From an uncultured Gemmatimonadales bacterium (GTDB lineage Bacteria; Gemmatimonadota; Gemmatimonadetes; Longimicrobiales; Gaopeijiaceae), in contig CAWGKG010000023.1 in the NCBI GenBank assembly GCA_963823035.1, positions 96,001 to 160,000 on the forward strand: 64,000 bases of DNA, written 5' to 3'. Positions 10,523-21,294 of the stretch are shown piece after piece. Both the position numbers and the translations under genes were made by a program. The notes below the pieces were generated by a model. That model searched no databases. It worked only from the letters and a program-made list of their open reading frames with translations, and was not told the origin of the DNA. Within the stretch, counting starts at the first letter, position 1; every line of letters begins with the position of its first letter.

Positions 10523-11890
10523 TCAGCGTCGCTCCATGAGGCTGATCGCGTAGCGCGCAGGCACGGCGAAGAGGGGCCCCTCCGGGTCGTCCTTGGCGCG
10601 GCCGAGGAGCACGCCGACCACGAGGCCGTCACGGTCGAGGACCGGGGTGCCGCTCGCGCCCTTCTGCCCGTAGCCCTGCAGCTCGAGCAGGGCCTTTCCC
10701 GTCTGGCTGATCACCCCCGCGATGAGGAGCGGCCGCACCACGCCGGCCGACCCTTCGGGCGGGCGTCCCCCGTAGGGGAACCCGATCATCGCCACGGGTG
10801 AGCCCGGGCCGATGGTGTCCCCGCGCTCGTTGAAGCCCCGCACGGTGGGGATCGTCCCCACCAGACGCTCCACCTGGAGGAGCGCCAGGTCGGCCTCGCT
10901 CGACACCGCGACCACGTGCGCCGGCCACACCTGCCTGGAGTCGGCGAACTGGACGCCGATGCGCGAGGGGCGGGAGCCGCCCTCGGGAACGACCACGTGC
11001 CGGTTGGTCATGACGACACCCGAGGAGACGACACCGAAGGCCGTGCCCGTCACCACGCCCGCAGCGGTCTCGACGTAGACCTGGGCCGTGGCGCGGCGCG
11101 TCACCCTCTCGATCGCGCCGAAGTCCAGCGAGGCCGCGAGCTGCTGTCGCTCGAGCGCCACGGAGACCGTCTGGAGACGCTGGCGCAGGCGGTCGACCTC
11201 GTCGTCGTCGAGGCCGTCGCCCTCCGCGCCCTGCAGGGAGTTGCGCAGCGCACGGACCTCGTCCTCGGACTGCTGGAGCGCCTCGAGCAGGCCCGAGACG
11301 CGGAGCTCCAGGGAATCGACGTTCTCCGCCCGGGTGCGGGCGAGCGAGTCGTTCGCGGCGCGCATCGCGGCGGTCTGCACCTGCGCGACGACCAGCACGC
11401 TGTCCATGCGCGCCTCGAGGGCCGACCGCTCCCGCTCCCAGTCGCGCCGCGTGGACAGGCGGCCGGCGACGTACGTCCCACTCGAGAGCGCGACCACGGC
11501 GACCGCGGCGGCGATCCACGCCAGGCGGCGCCCGCCGCTCCGACCGGATCCGGAAGGCGTCCGGACGGTCCCCGGCACCCCGCACCCGCATGGAAGACGA
11601 GGAGCGGCCCCTCGGGCCCCAGTCGGACGAGATCACCGTCCGCGAGTGCGTGGTCCCCGTCGATCCGGCGGTCGTCGACCCAGGTGCCGTTGGTACTGTC
11701 GAGGTCGCGCACCGCCCACCCGGTCGCGGTCCGGAAGAAGACCGCGTGCCGACCGGAGACCGCGAGGTCCTCGTGGGGATCGAGGCGGAGCTGCGCCTCG
11801 GCGTGCCGGCCGACCACCACCGGGTCCCCGACCAGGCGATGGACGGGTCCCCGCGCGCGCCCCCACGCGAACCTCGATCCAGGCATCCAC
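10523..11890 (-). CDS. FHA domain - TM - coiled coil - trypsin-like serine protease (frameshifts near 11850 and 11580)
   Basis: FHA motifs VGR, VSGRHA, DLDSTNGTWV in the 11101-11886 frame. TM, coiled coil and triad motifs TNRHVV, DLALL, GASGTPV in the 10523-11578 frame. Probable GTG start 11890. Confidence 0.8.
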
Positions 11891-11945
11891 GCTTCGTTCC
11901 CTCAGCCCACGACGCCGAGGTGGCCGCCGGGCCCGGCGCGGGCGC

Positions 11946-14016
11946 TCAAGGCGCCCCCCCACCCCGCAGCCTCTGCAGGAACTGGAGGTAGTTGCCGTCG
12001 GCCGGGTGCCGCGTCCACGGCGCGCTGCGCCCAACGCAGCGCCGTCGTCCTGCTCGCCCAGGAGCACGGAGGCCTGCGCGTGGGCGAAGGCGGCCCGCGC
12101 GCGGATGCTGTCCGGGAGGGAGCCGTCCCGCCAGATCATGTCGGTCGTGTCCTTCACCGCCCGCCGCGCGGCGGCCGACTCGTCGTCGTCGAGGATGAAG
12201 AGCTGGCGCCACGCCAGGCTGTCCGCGCCCGCGATCGTCAGGCGGCCGCGCGGGAGGCGGCTCGGCCTCGCGCTCGACCCTCAGCGTCACGCCGATCGTG
12301 TCCGCCGGAGCCCCGGCGCCCCAACCCACGATCACCGACGCGCGGTAGCTTCCCGGCGACGCGTCGGTGGCCGCACCGGCTGCACGCGCAGGCGCGTCGG
12401 CGGGGCGCTCCCCCTCGAGGTCGGCGGAGAGCCACCCGTCGGGCGCGCCGGACGGATAGTCGACCCCGACCATCAGTGCGCCGCCTTCCGGGACCGCGCC
12501 CGTCACGTCGACGGTCTCGGCGCGCGGGGCTCCCCCCGCCCGCGACCGAGAAGGCCACGGCGCTCCGGGACAGCACGGGCGCCCGCGGGCAGCGTCCGGC
12601 TCGGTCACGGTCACCTCGGTGGCACCCACGAGCTCCCCCGCGCGCCGCACGTACCGACGCCGAACCCGCGCGCACGCCGTGGACCACGCCGCGCGCGTCC
12701 ACCGTGACCACATCCGGGCTCCCGCTCGTCCACTGCACCGCGACGTCGGGCAGCACCGATCCATCGGCGGCCCGCACGCTCGCGGCCACCTGCGCGTCCT
12801 GACCCACCTCGATGGAGACCGACGGCGGCACGCGGACCTCGGAGGGCTCCGGCGCCTTCGGCGAAGTCAGGACGGTGGCCGAGGACCACTCCGACCACCA
12901 CGACCGCTCCAGCGGCGGCCCCCCACCCGAGCAGGCGACGCCGTCCGCCGGCGGCGGGGGTCGGCACGGCGGTGGGCGGCGTGAAGGCCCGCTCGCCGCG
13001 CGGTGCCACGACCGTGGCCGGGAGGTGCTCCGCCGGGGGCCGCGGCCGCCTGTCGCTCGGCGGGTCTCGACCGACGGGGCCGCCTCCGGCTCCGCGACCG
13101 CCGCGGCGTCGGCCCCGTACACGGCCTCCCAGACCTCGCGCGCGAAGGCCAGCGCGTTCTCCGGGCGCGCCTCCCGGTCGCGCGCGAGCGTCCGGTCCAG
13201 CAGCTGCTGCACGGGCCTCGGGAAGTCCAGGCCCGGCGCGACGTCGGCGAGCTTGAGCGGATCGCGGGTGAGGCGATCGACCATCAGCTCCTGCGTGCTC
13301 TTCGACCGGTACGGCAGGTCGCCCGAGATCATGCGGAAGAGCACGATCCCCAGCGAGTATACGTCGCTGCGCCCGTCGAGCGGATCCCCGGTGAGCTGTT
13401 CGGGGCTCATGTACTCCGGCGTGCCCACCACGAAGCCCATCCGCGTCACGCCGCGCTCCTCCCCCTCGGCGGATCCCTTGGCGATGTCGAAGTCGACCAC
13501 CTTCGCCACGTCGTTCCCGTCGCGGTCCTTCGTGAGCATGACGTTGTCGGGCTTCATGTCGCGGTGCACGATCCCCATGTCGTGCGCCGCCTGCAGCGCC
13601 GAGGCCGCCTGGATCGCGATCCGCGCCGCGCGGTCGAGGGAGAGCGGGCCCTCGCGTCGCAGCAGGCTCGTCAGGCTCTCGCCGTCCACCAGCTCCATGG
13701 CCAGGAACTGCAGACCGTCCGACGTGTCGCTGAAGTCGTAGACCGTGCACACGTTCGGATGGCGGATGGCGGATGCGTTGCGCGCACCGCGCGCGAAGCG
13801 GGCCACGGCCTCCGGATCGCGCGCCAGCGACGCCTTCAGCACCTTGATCGCGTCCTTGCGTCCGATCTTGAGATGCTCGCCGACGTAGACCGCGCCCATC
13901 GCGCCCCACCCCAACAGCTTCACCAGACGGTAGCGGCCCGCCAGCACGGAGCCCACGAGGCTCTCCGGATTCGGCGCGTCTCCGCCTTCCACGTCGGGGG
14001 ACTGCGGCTCGGTCAT
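11946..14016 (-). CDS. Membrane Ser/Thr protein kinase (Hanks type) with extracytoplasmic Big_2/Ig-like and TPR-like C-terminus; several frameshifts in the 3' half
   Basis: GWGAMGAVY, AIKVLK, HRDMKPDN, DFD in place of DFG, GTPEYMSPEQ, DVYSLG. TM LLGWGAAAGAVVVVGVVL. Big_2 VQWTSGSPDVVTVDARGVVHGV. End point inferred. Confidence 0.85.
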
Positions 14017-14211
14017 GGAGGGGTGGGGACAGGTTCCACGAGGGTGGCGGCGACGGCCGCCTGAAGGCGTCGAAAACACTAGGCCCTGTCGTGGGTGGGC
14101 GCCAGGGAGCGCGCGGATGCCACCCGCCGGCGACGCGCGGCTTCTCTGGCGCGGTGCGTGCCTTTTTTCGTATTCGGTAGTAGTCACTGCCCACGCGCGG
14201 CCCGGGTGTGC

Positions 14212-15099
14212 ATGAGCCCTGAAGAGCGAACCGTAGTCTTCTCCGACATCGCCGGCAGCACCCGCATCATCGAGACGGTCGGTGATGTCCAGGGTCATGA
14301 GGTCGTCGCTTCGGTGCTGGAGTGCCTCGCGGAGGTTACCGGGCGGCACCGTGGAATCGTCGTGAAGACGATCGGCGACGAGATCATGTCCTCTTTCGAA
14401 GACCCGGCCGACGCGCTCGCGGCCGCGGTCGAGATGCAACGCGCGCTGCGGGGCCGGCAGCCCGTCCATGGCGTGCACGCGAAGGTACGCATCGGCGTCC
14501 ACGGCGGGCCCGTCCTGATCGCGAACGGCGACCTCCACGGCGACGTGGTGAACACGGCCGCGCGGGTGGTGGCCATGGCCAAGGGGGACCAGATCCTCAC
14601 GACGGAGGATACGCTGCGCTCCGCCGACGTCCCCGACGTCGATCAGCGCGACCTGGGCGAACACCCCCTCAAGGGGAAGGACGCACCGATCCGCCTGAAG
14701 GAGGTGCTCTGGGAGGGGGACCTCACGGGGGTCACGACCGTGATGCCCAGCTTCTCCGCGATCGGGCCGGCCACGCTCGACCTGCTCGTGGGGGGTGAGG
14801 CCCTGACGTTCGCTCCGACCCGTTCGACCCCCATCACGATCGGACGTGGGGAGGGCAGCACCGTGGAGATCCAGGACGCGGCGGCGTCGCGCTCGCACGC
14901 CTCGGTGTCCGCGCGGCACGGGCGCTTCTACCTGATGGACCACAGCACCAACGGTACCTACGTCCTGCCGGAGGGTGAGGGGGAGATCTTCGTCCACCGC
15001 GACGAGGTGCTCCTCCGGGGGAGCGGCGAGATCCGCCTCGGACGCTCCGTGGCGGAAGGCGGCGGCCCCGCCCTGCAGTACGGGGTGCACGGAGGGTGA
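14212..15099 (+). CDS. Class III adenylate/guanylate cyclase with C-terminal FHA domain
   Basis: VFSDIAGST, VKTIGDEIM, RIGVHGGPV, DLHGDVVNTAARV (Lys/Asp pair suggests ATP specificity). FHA: IGR, ASRSHA, DHSTNGTYV. Confidence 0.9.
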   Translation: MSPEERTVVFSDIAGSTRIIETVGDVQGHEVVASVLECLAEVTGRHRGIVVKTIGDEIMSSFEDPADALAAAVEMQRALRGRQPVHGVHAKVRIGVHGGPVLIANGDLHGDVVNTAARVVAMAKGDQILTTEDTLRSADVPDVDQRDLGEHPLKGKDAPIRLKEVLWEGDLTGVTTVMPSFSAIGPATLDLLVGGEALTFAPTRSTPITIGRGEGSTVEIQDAAASRSHASVSARHGRFYLMDHSTNGTYVLPEGEGEIFVHRDEVLLRGSGEIRLGRSVAEGGGPALQYGVHGG

Positions 15100-15971
15100 G
15101 CCTCTTCCGGAGAAACGAGCCGGGCATCAGGCTGGCCGTGGCCGCCCTGAGCGACGTCGGCAGGTCACGCGACCACAACGAGGACCGCTACCTGGTCGCG
15201 GACCTGACGACGCGCGACACCTCCCTGTCCAACGGGCAGCGCCCCAAGGAGCTCGGCCCCAGGGGATCGCTGCTCCTGGTCGCGGACGGGATGGGCGGGG
15301 CGGCCGCCGGCGAGATGGCCAGCCAGATGGCGGTCGACCTCATCTACGAGCAGCTCGCCACGAGTTGGTCCTCCGAGGACGACCCCTCCCCCGACCTCTT
15401 CGCGCGCAGGGTGCGGGAGGCGGTGGAGCGCGCCAACAGCCGCATCCACGGCGTGTCGCTGGAGCAGCCCCACCTCCAGGGGATGGGCACCACCGCGACG
15501 ATCGTCGGGATCCTCGGGTCCCGGGTCCTCCTCAGCCAGGTCGGCGACTCCCGGGCCTACCTGGTGCGGGACGGGATGGCCGTGCAGATGACGCGGGACC
15601 AGTCGTTCCTGCAGCACCTCCTCGACACCGGCCGGGTGAGCGAGGAGCAGGCCTACGAGATGGCGCCGCGCAACGTCATCCTGCAGGCGCTCGGGCCCAG
15701 CCCCTCGGTGGAGGTGGTCCAGCACTGGCAGCCCATGCTGCGCGGTGACGCCGTGCTCCTCTGCTCGGACGGCCTGTCGGGGCTGGTGTCGGCCGAGGAC
15801 ATCGGAGAGGTGGTGGGCGGCACGGACAACCTGCCCAAGGCGTGTCAGCAGCTCGTGGATCTGGCCAACGAGCGCGGCGGGCCGGACAACATCACGGTGA
15901 TCCTGGCGAGGTTGACGGGGGACGGGCTGATGACGGCGGACGAGGCGGCCGAGGCGGAGGGGGTAGGGTAG
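15096..15971 (+). CDS. PP2C-family Ser/Thr phosphatase (Stp1/PppA-like)
   Basis: SDVGRSRDHNED, VADGMGG, GMGTT, VGDSRAY, LLCSDGL, GGPDNIT. GTGA overlap with the cyclase stop. Confidence 0.93.
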   Translation: MSLFRRNEPGIRLAVAALSDVGRSRDHNEDRYLVADLTTRDTSLSNGQRPKELGPRGSLLLVADGMGGAAAGEMASQMAVDLIYEQLATSWSSEDDPSPDLFARRVREAVERANSRIHGVSLEQPHLQGMGTTATIVGILGSRVLLSQVGDSRAYLVRDGMAVQMTRDQSFLQHLLDTGRVSEEQAYEMAPRNVILQALGPSPSVEVVQHWQPMLRGDAVLLCSDGLSGLVSAEDIGEVVGGTDNLPKACQQLVDLANERGGPDNITVILARLTGDGLMTADEAAEAEGVG

Positions 15972-16155
15972 CGCGCGGTGGACGCTGGACGTCCGGCCCG
16001 GCCCCGTCCTGCTTGCCCCCCGCACGCCCCCGGCCTACCGTGCCTCCCGACCCCACACGGCGGGTGCACCACCTGTCCATAGGCGCCGTGGGCTGTCTCG
16101 GCGGGCGGTCCTCACCTGCCGCCGAAACGAGATCCCCAAGCCATCAGAGGAGCCA

Positions 16156-19100
16156 ATGCTTTCAGGGCGGGTGCAGGTCGGCCATCCGGTCGACATCGCC
16201 ACGGGCGTGGTCACCTCCTCGAGCGTAGACGTCTCGATCAGGGGCCGGATGCCACTCACCTGGGAGCGCGCGTATGGGACACCGCCCGCGGGATCGCGGC
16301 CGGGCCCACTCGGCCCAGGCTGGAGCAGCCGGTATTTCTCGACCCTGCGCCGCACCGAAGCCGGCCACGAGCTGAGCTCCGGAGGGGGCGTCGTCGTGAC
16401 GTTCCTCGACCAGGACGACGCGCTCGGCCGCGGGGAGACCCTTCGTAGTCTGACCACGTTCCAGGAGCTTCGGGCCCGCGGCGGCGAGCTCGTGGTCACG
16501 TCCTGGGATGTCGAGACGTTCGACGTCGAACGCCTCCGGTTCGGGCGCGTTGGAGAGAGCGAAGTCCTACACCTCACCGGCATCGAGCGCGGAGACGGCG
16601 CTGCGCTCTCTCTGACCTACGATCAGGACGCGCGCCTGCGAGCCATCACCCAGGTCCGTGAACGCCGCTCCCTCATGCTCGACTACGCGCCGGGCGACCG
16701 CCTCGGACGCATCCTGCTCGTGCTGGCGAACGGCGGGCAGGAAGTCGTCGTGCGCTACGAGTACGACCGGGACGGCCGCCTTTCCGCTGCCATTGACGCC
16801 CTCGGGCGGGTCGCTCGCTACGAGTACGACCAGGCCTCGCGCCTCACTCACGAGCTGGCGCTGTGCGGCGAGGAGTATTTCTTCGCCTACGACGGCCGCA
16901 GCCGGTGCGTGGAGACGAGCGGCCCCGAGGGGTACGACAGGAAGCTGCTGCGGTTCGTCGACGAAAGGCGTGTGACCGAGCTCCGTGACTCGCGGGGCGG
17001 GCTGTGGCGGTACCACTGGAACGAGTTGGGACAGGTCGTCATGGCGATCTCGCCACGAAGCGCTGCCGAGGTCACCCGATACGACGAGCACGGACGCATC
17101 GTCGAGACCCTGGACGCCTACGGACGCGCCATTACCTACGCCTACGACGACCTGGGCAACCGCGTCTCGGTCAAGCACCCCAACGGATCGGAGACCACGT
17201 CACGCTTCGACGAGCACCACCGGTTGGTGTCCACCACCGATCCCCTGGGCGCGACATGGGACTATGCGTACGGCGGGGTGGCGTGGTCCCCGACGGAGAT
17301 CACGGTCCCCACGGGCCTGACCTGGCGCCGCAACGTGAGCGGTGACGGCGATCTCCTGACGATGGAGAACTCGGAAGGAGGGGCGTGGTGGTTCGCATAC
17401 GACGAGTTCGGCCAGCTCGTCGCGATGACCGATTGGACGGGGGCCACGTGTCGGTACGCCCACGATGACCGAGGCAACATCGCCGAGCTGATGGACCCCG
17501 AAGGTGGCACGACCCGCTACGTGTACAACGCCGTCGGCAACCCGACCTGGGTCCGATACCCCGACGAATCGATACGCACGATGTCGTACGACCGATGGGG
17601 GCGGGTAGCCAGGGTCGAGGCGAACGGCCTCCGCACGGACTACGAGTACGGACCGAGCTGCAGCACGGTGCGCAGGGAGAGCGACTCGGCGGGCAGGGTC
17701 ACCGAGTACCTCTGGGGCTCCGAACCCGGCATGCTGCTCGGCGTCGTGGATCCCAAGGGAGAACGCCATTCTTTCGTCTACGACCAGGACGGCTACCTGG
17801 TCGAGGATACATTCCCCAACGGTCGCATCATCCGCTACGTCCGGGATCTGTGCGGCTTCGTGACCGAGCGGACCAACGGCGCGGGAGAGACCACGGTCTA
17901 CGAGCGCGATCCGGTCGGGCGCATCGTCCGGGCTGCGTTCCACGATGGCTCGGAAGCGCGATTCGAGTACGACGCCGTCGGTCTGGAAGTGCGGGCCGAG
18001 AACGCCGAAGGAGCCGTCGAGATCGAGAGGAACATCGCGGGCGATCGGGTGCGCGAGTCGTTCGGCGGCGTCACCGTGGAGAGCGAATACGACGTCTTCG
18101 GCCAGCGAACCGCCCGTCGATCGAGCCTCGGAGGTAGCACTAGGTTTCGCTACGACCGCCACGGCAGGATCGAGGAGGTGGGGATCTCCGAGGGCGACCG
18201 CTACGCGCGGGATCTGGACGGCATGGGCCGGGAAGTGAGGGCCCGGTTCGGGTCGACGGAGATCCTGAGCCGGTACGACCCCATGGGTCGACTCGCCTAC
18301 CGGTGGGCCGGACAGGCCGAAGCCGGCGACCGTCGCCCGCAGCCCGATCGCAGACCCCGAAGTGTGAGCGAGCGGCGATTCTCCTACGATGAACATGGGA
18401 ACCCAACCGAGATCTCGGAGGATCGGTGGGGGACCCGCGCGTTCCGATACGATGCTGCGGATCATGTGACCGAGGTGCTTTCACGCGACGAAGTCCTCGA
18501 GTCGTACCGCTACGATGCCAACGGGAATGTCATCGCGCAGAGGAGAACGATCCATCGTCGGCCCGAGGAATACGCTGCCGAACGCCTCGTGGGGCCCGCA
18601 AATCAGATCCAGAGCGAGGACGGGATCCGCTACGAGTACGATGGAGACGGGCGTCTGATACGCATGACGGATCGCGCTGCGCCGGAACAAGGGGGCGCCT
18701 GGGAGTTTTCCTGGGGGCCGTTGGGGCTTCTGGCGACCGTGACGTCCCCCGATGCCGAAGTCTGGCGATACGCCTACGACGCGTTCGGCCGGAGGATCCG
18801 GAAATCCGGGCCAGGCGTCGACACGGGCTACGTATGGGACGGCAACGCGGTGATGCACGAGCTCCGCGACGATGAGTCGTCCCCGGCGACGTGGACCTTC
18901 TGGCCCGACAACTTCGTTCCCATCGCGAAGCAGGTGGATGGACACACCTATCTGGCCGTTACGGATCACCTCGGCACGCCCCGCGAGTTGGTCAGGGAAG
19001 ACGGGACGCTGGTGTGGTCAGCACGTTTCACACTGTGGGGTGATCTCGACGAGTTGGCCGTCTCGGACGTCGAATGCAACCTTCGGTTCCAGGGTCAGTG

Positions 19101-19697
19101 GTTCGACGAGGAATCCGGACTCCACTACAACGGATGTCGATACTACTCCCCGTGGATGGCAGCCTTCATCTCGATGGACCCGCTTTCCCTGATCGGCGGA
19201 TTCAACGGATACCACTACGCGCCGAACCCCCTCCGGTGGATCGACCCGCACGGGCTCAAGGTCGAGCCGCTTCCCTGGACAGCCAGGGGCGTCCGACGGG
19301 CGCTTCCGGAACGCTCACCCGCCGCGACCTCCGTCCAACAGACAGTTCGCCGCCGACGCTCGACCCACCCGGCTGGACCGGTGGCGGCCACCCGCATCAC
19401 CAGCAGCGGAGTCACCTGCTCGGGGATACGCTCGGCGGAAGCGGGAGCGACCCCCGGAACCTCGTCGCCCTGACCGATGGGTCCAATCACCCGGGCATGA
19501 GCACCTTGGAGGGCAGGGTGCGCCGCCATATCCAGCAGCACGGTGGACCGGTCGAATACGAGGTCTCCGTCAGCTACCGGGACAACCACAAGACCCCGAG
19601 CTCCGTTCATATCCGCGCAGTGGACAAGCACGGTGACGTGATCGTCGACGAGCGGGTGGCGAACGGGAGACGTCAAAAGACCAAATGCTGCCCATAG
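16156..19697 (+). CDS. rhs: Rhs (YD-repeat) polymorphic toxin with DUF6531-like N-terminus and C-terminal non-specific endonuclease (NS_2-like); frameshift near 19270
   Basis: GAGGAG RBS. GHPVDIATG start, many YxYD repeats, core end LRFQGQWFDEESGLHYN...PNPLRWIDPHGL. The toxin continues in the 19074-19697 frame: LDSQGRPTGA...QRSHLLGDTLGGSG..RNLV...VEYEVSVSY. Confidence 0.9.
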
Positions 19698-19719
19698 GCC
19701 GAGAACAGGAGAGTGATCG

Positions 19720-20274
19720 ATGTCCAGGACGCGCGAATTCCCGGCGCTGGAGGTATCCGCCACACCGGCGGTCACCGCAACTCGCGATGAGATGGAAAGG
19801 GTCCGTCTGAGAGAGGGATTCGAGCTGCCGGCGTCCTACCGAGACTTCGCGGACAGGCTCGGGTACGGTCTTCTTTGTGATCTCCTGATCATCTACATCC
19901 CCATGGGGAGCCACGGAGACTCGCTCCCCGTGAGGCACCAGGAGATGCGGGAGACCATCGAAGAGTCCCTGGAGGCCGACCTCGTCGAGTACGAACCGGA
20001 CGGTTCTCGCGAGCTCCTGCAGCGACTGGTCCCCTTCGGAATCAGCGAGAACGGCCACACCCTCGCGTGGGATCCCGAAGAGCCCACGGGCGACGGAGAG
20101 TACATGATCTTCGTCATCGGCTCCAAGTACCTCGCGGTGCGGCGAGGAGCGCCCGACCTGTACGCGTTCGTGGAGAGCTGTCTGGACGGACGGGTAAAGG
20201 GAATGCTCGGCTCGGGCTACGAGCCGCTGCCCGCCCGGTTCCGGCCCATGAAGCGCGGGTGGGTGCCGGTCTAG
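19720..20274 (+). CDS. SMI1/KNR4 (SUKH) family immunity protein
   Basis: Directly after the Rhs toxin with an AGGAG RBS. ELPASYRDFADRLGYG and LVPFGISENGHTLAWD are SUKH-like. Confidence 0.82.
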   Translation: MSRTREFPALEVSATPAVTATRDEMERVRLREGFELPASYRDFADRLGYGLLCDLLIIYIPMGSHGDSLPVRHQEMRETIEESLEADLVEYEPDGSRELLQRLVPFGISENGHTLAWDPEEPTGDGEYMIFVIGSKYLAVRRGAPDLYAFVESCLDGRVKGMLGSGYEPLPARFRPMKRGWVPV

Positions 20275-20276
20275 CT

Positions 20277-21065
20277 CTACGATGGCTCCGTGCGGCCAGC
20301 AAGCTGGCCCATGAATAGCGCATGGGCAGGGCCACAGCGCACGGCTTCGAGTTCTTCCCTCAATCTGGCGCGCTCCACACCCGCCGCTTCCGCCGTCGCG
20401 ATCTCAGCTCGCCACCGTCGTTGCGCGAGTCGGGCGCGCGCCGCGCCGATCGGTAGCAGCAGTAGACCGCCCAGCAGGCCTAAGAGGGGGATCGGTGACA
20501 CCAGAATCACTGCCGCCAGCACGCATCCAAGTGCGACGATTCGAGCCCCCCCGGTGGCCAATGCCTGGACCTGCTCCACCGTGTGCGCCTCGCGCGCGAC
20601 GAACGCGAGCGCCCTTCTGATCTCCACCCGACGCGGCTCCGCGGCTGCGGCCGTGGCAGGCAACGGAACCAGCGTGAGCATGCCATCCACTGTGCGTTGC
20701 GGCAGTCCAGGTACGCTCCCCAAGGTGTTGGACAGCGCCCTCAGGTCTATTTGTGCCTCGGTCCACAGCTCGAGGACCTGCTGCTGCCACGACAGCAGTC
20801 GTCGCGCATCGTCGATAGCGAAGCCCACGTAGAGCGGCACAGCCACCGCAAGCAAGAGCAGTGGCAGACGAGACCACGTGATCAAGGCCACCAGAATCGT
20901 TCCCACCAACACGATGCTCACCGAGACGACCAGATTGCGATAGCGTCGCGCACGGCCGCGAATCGCATCGGTGGTGGCGTCGATGGCCGATCGATAGGCT
21001 GAATCGTGTGCGTGGGTTTTCCCCCGGCCGGGCTTAGCCAACGACGCCATGCGCGTCTCTGCCAA
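20277..21065 (-). CDS. Hypothetical integral membrane protein (two TM hairpins)
   Basis: ORF with two hydrophobic hairpins. Start may be the ATG near 21050. Confidence 0.6.
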   Translation of the reverse strand: MAETRMASLAKPGRGKTHAHDSAYRSAIDATTDAIRGRARRYRNLVVSVSIVLVGTILVALITWSRLPLLLLAVAVPLYVGFAIDDARRLLSWQQQVLELWTEAQIDLRALSNTLGSVPGLPQRTVDGMLTLVPLPATAAAAEPRRVEIRRALAFVAREAHTVEQVQALATGGARIVALGCVLAAVILVSPIPLLGLLGGLLLLPIGAARARLAQRRWRAEIATAEAAGVERARLREELEAVRCGPAHALFMGQLAGRTEPS

Positions 21066-21294
21066 AGAGGATCTCTTCCTTGAGCGGATCGATATGGCGT
21101 CTCTCTCCGGGGCTCGCGATCAGACGCGGCGTCATAGGGGGTGAAGCGCCCTCGGTCAGAGCGGCGAGATCTTGCGCGGTCCTACACCGTGCCCTACGCG
21201 ATATCGAAAGGACGACCACCACTCGGACGGCGTCGTTCATGGCCGGCTTGCTGCGGGCCTCGTGGATCCGGACCGGATCCTCAGAGGATCACCT

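Noticed and set aside
12238..15090. 950-aa kinase ORF with a long N-terminal extension
   Set aside because: The first ~360 codons are the antisense shadow of the cyclase gene. The kinase starts at about 14016.
19265..19280. Programmed frameshift or phase variation controlling the toxin
   Set aside because: No slippery heptamer or long homopolymer, and it is indistinguishable from the many other indels.
21034..21240. 68-aa ORF between PAAR and the membrane gene
   Set aside because: No recognisable motif or clear RBS, and it overlaps the next gene. Cannot be supported.
16100..21290. Invertible segment that would place rhs behind the PAAR gene
   Set aside because: No matching inverted repeats seen at the two ends, no recombinase in the window, and rhs has its own RBS.
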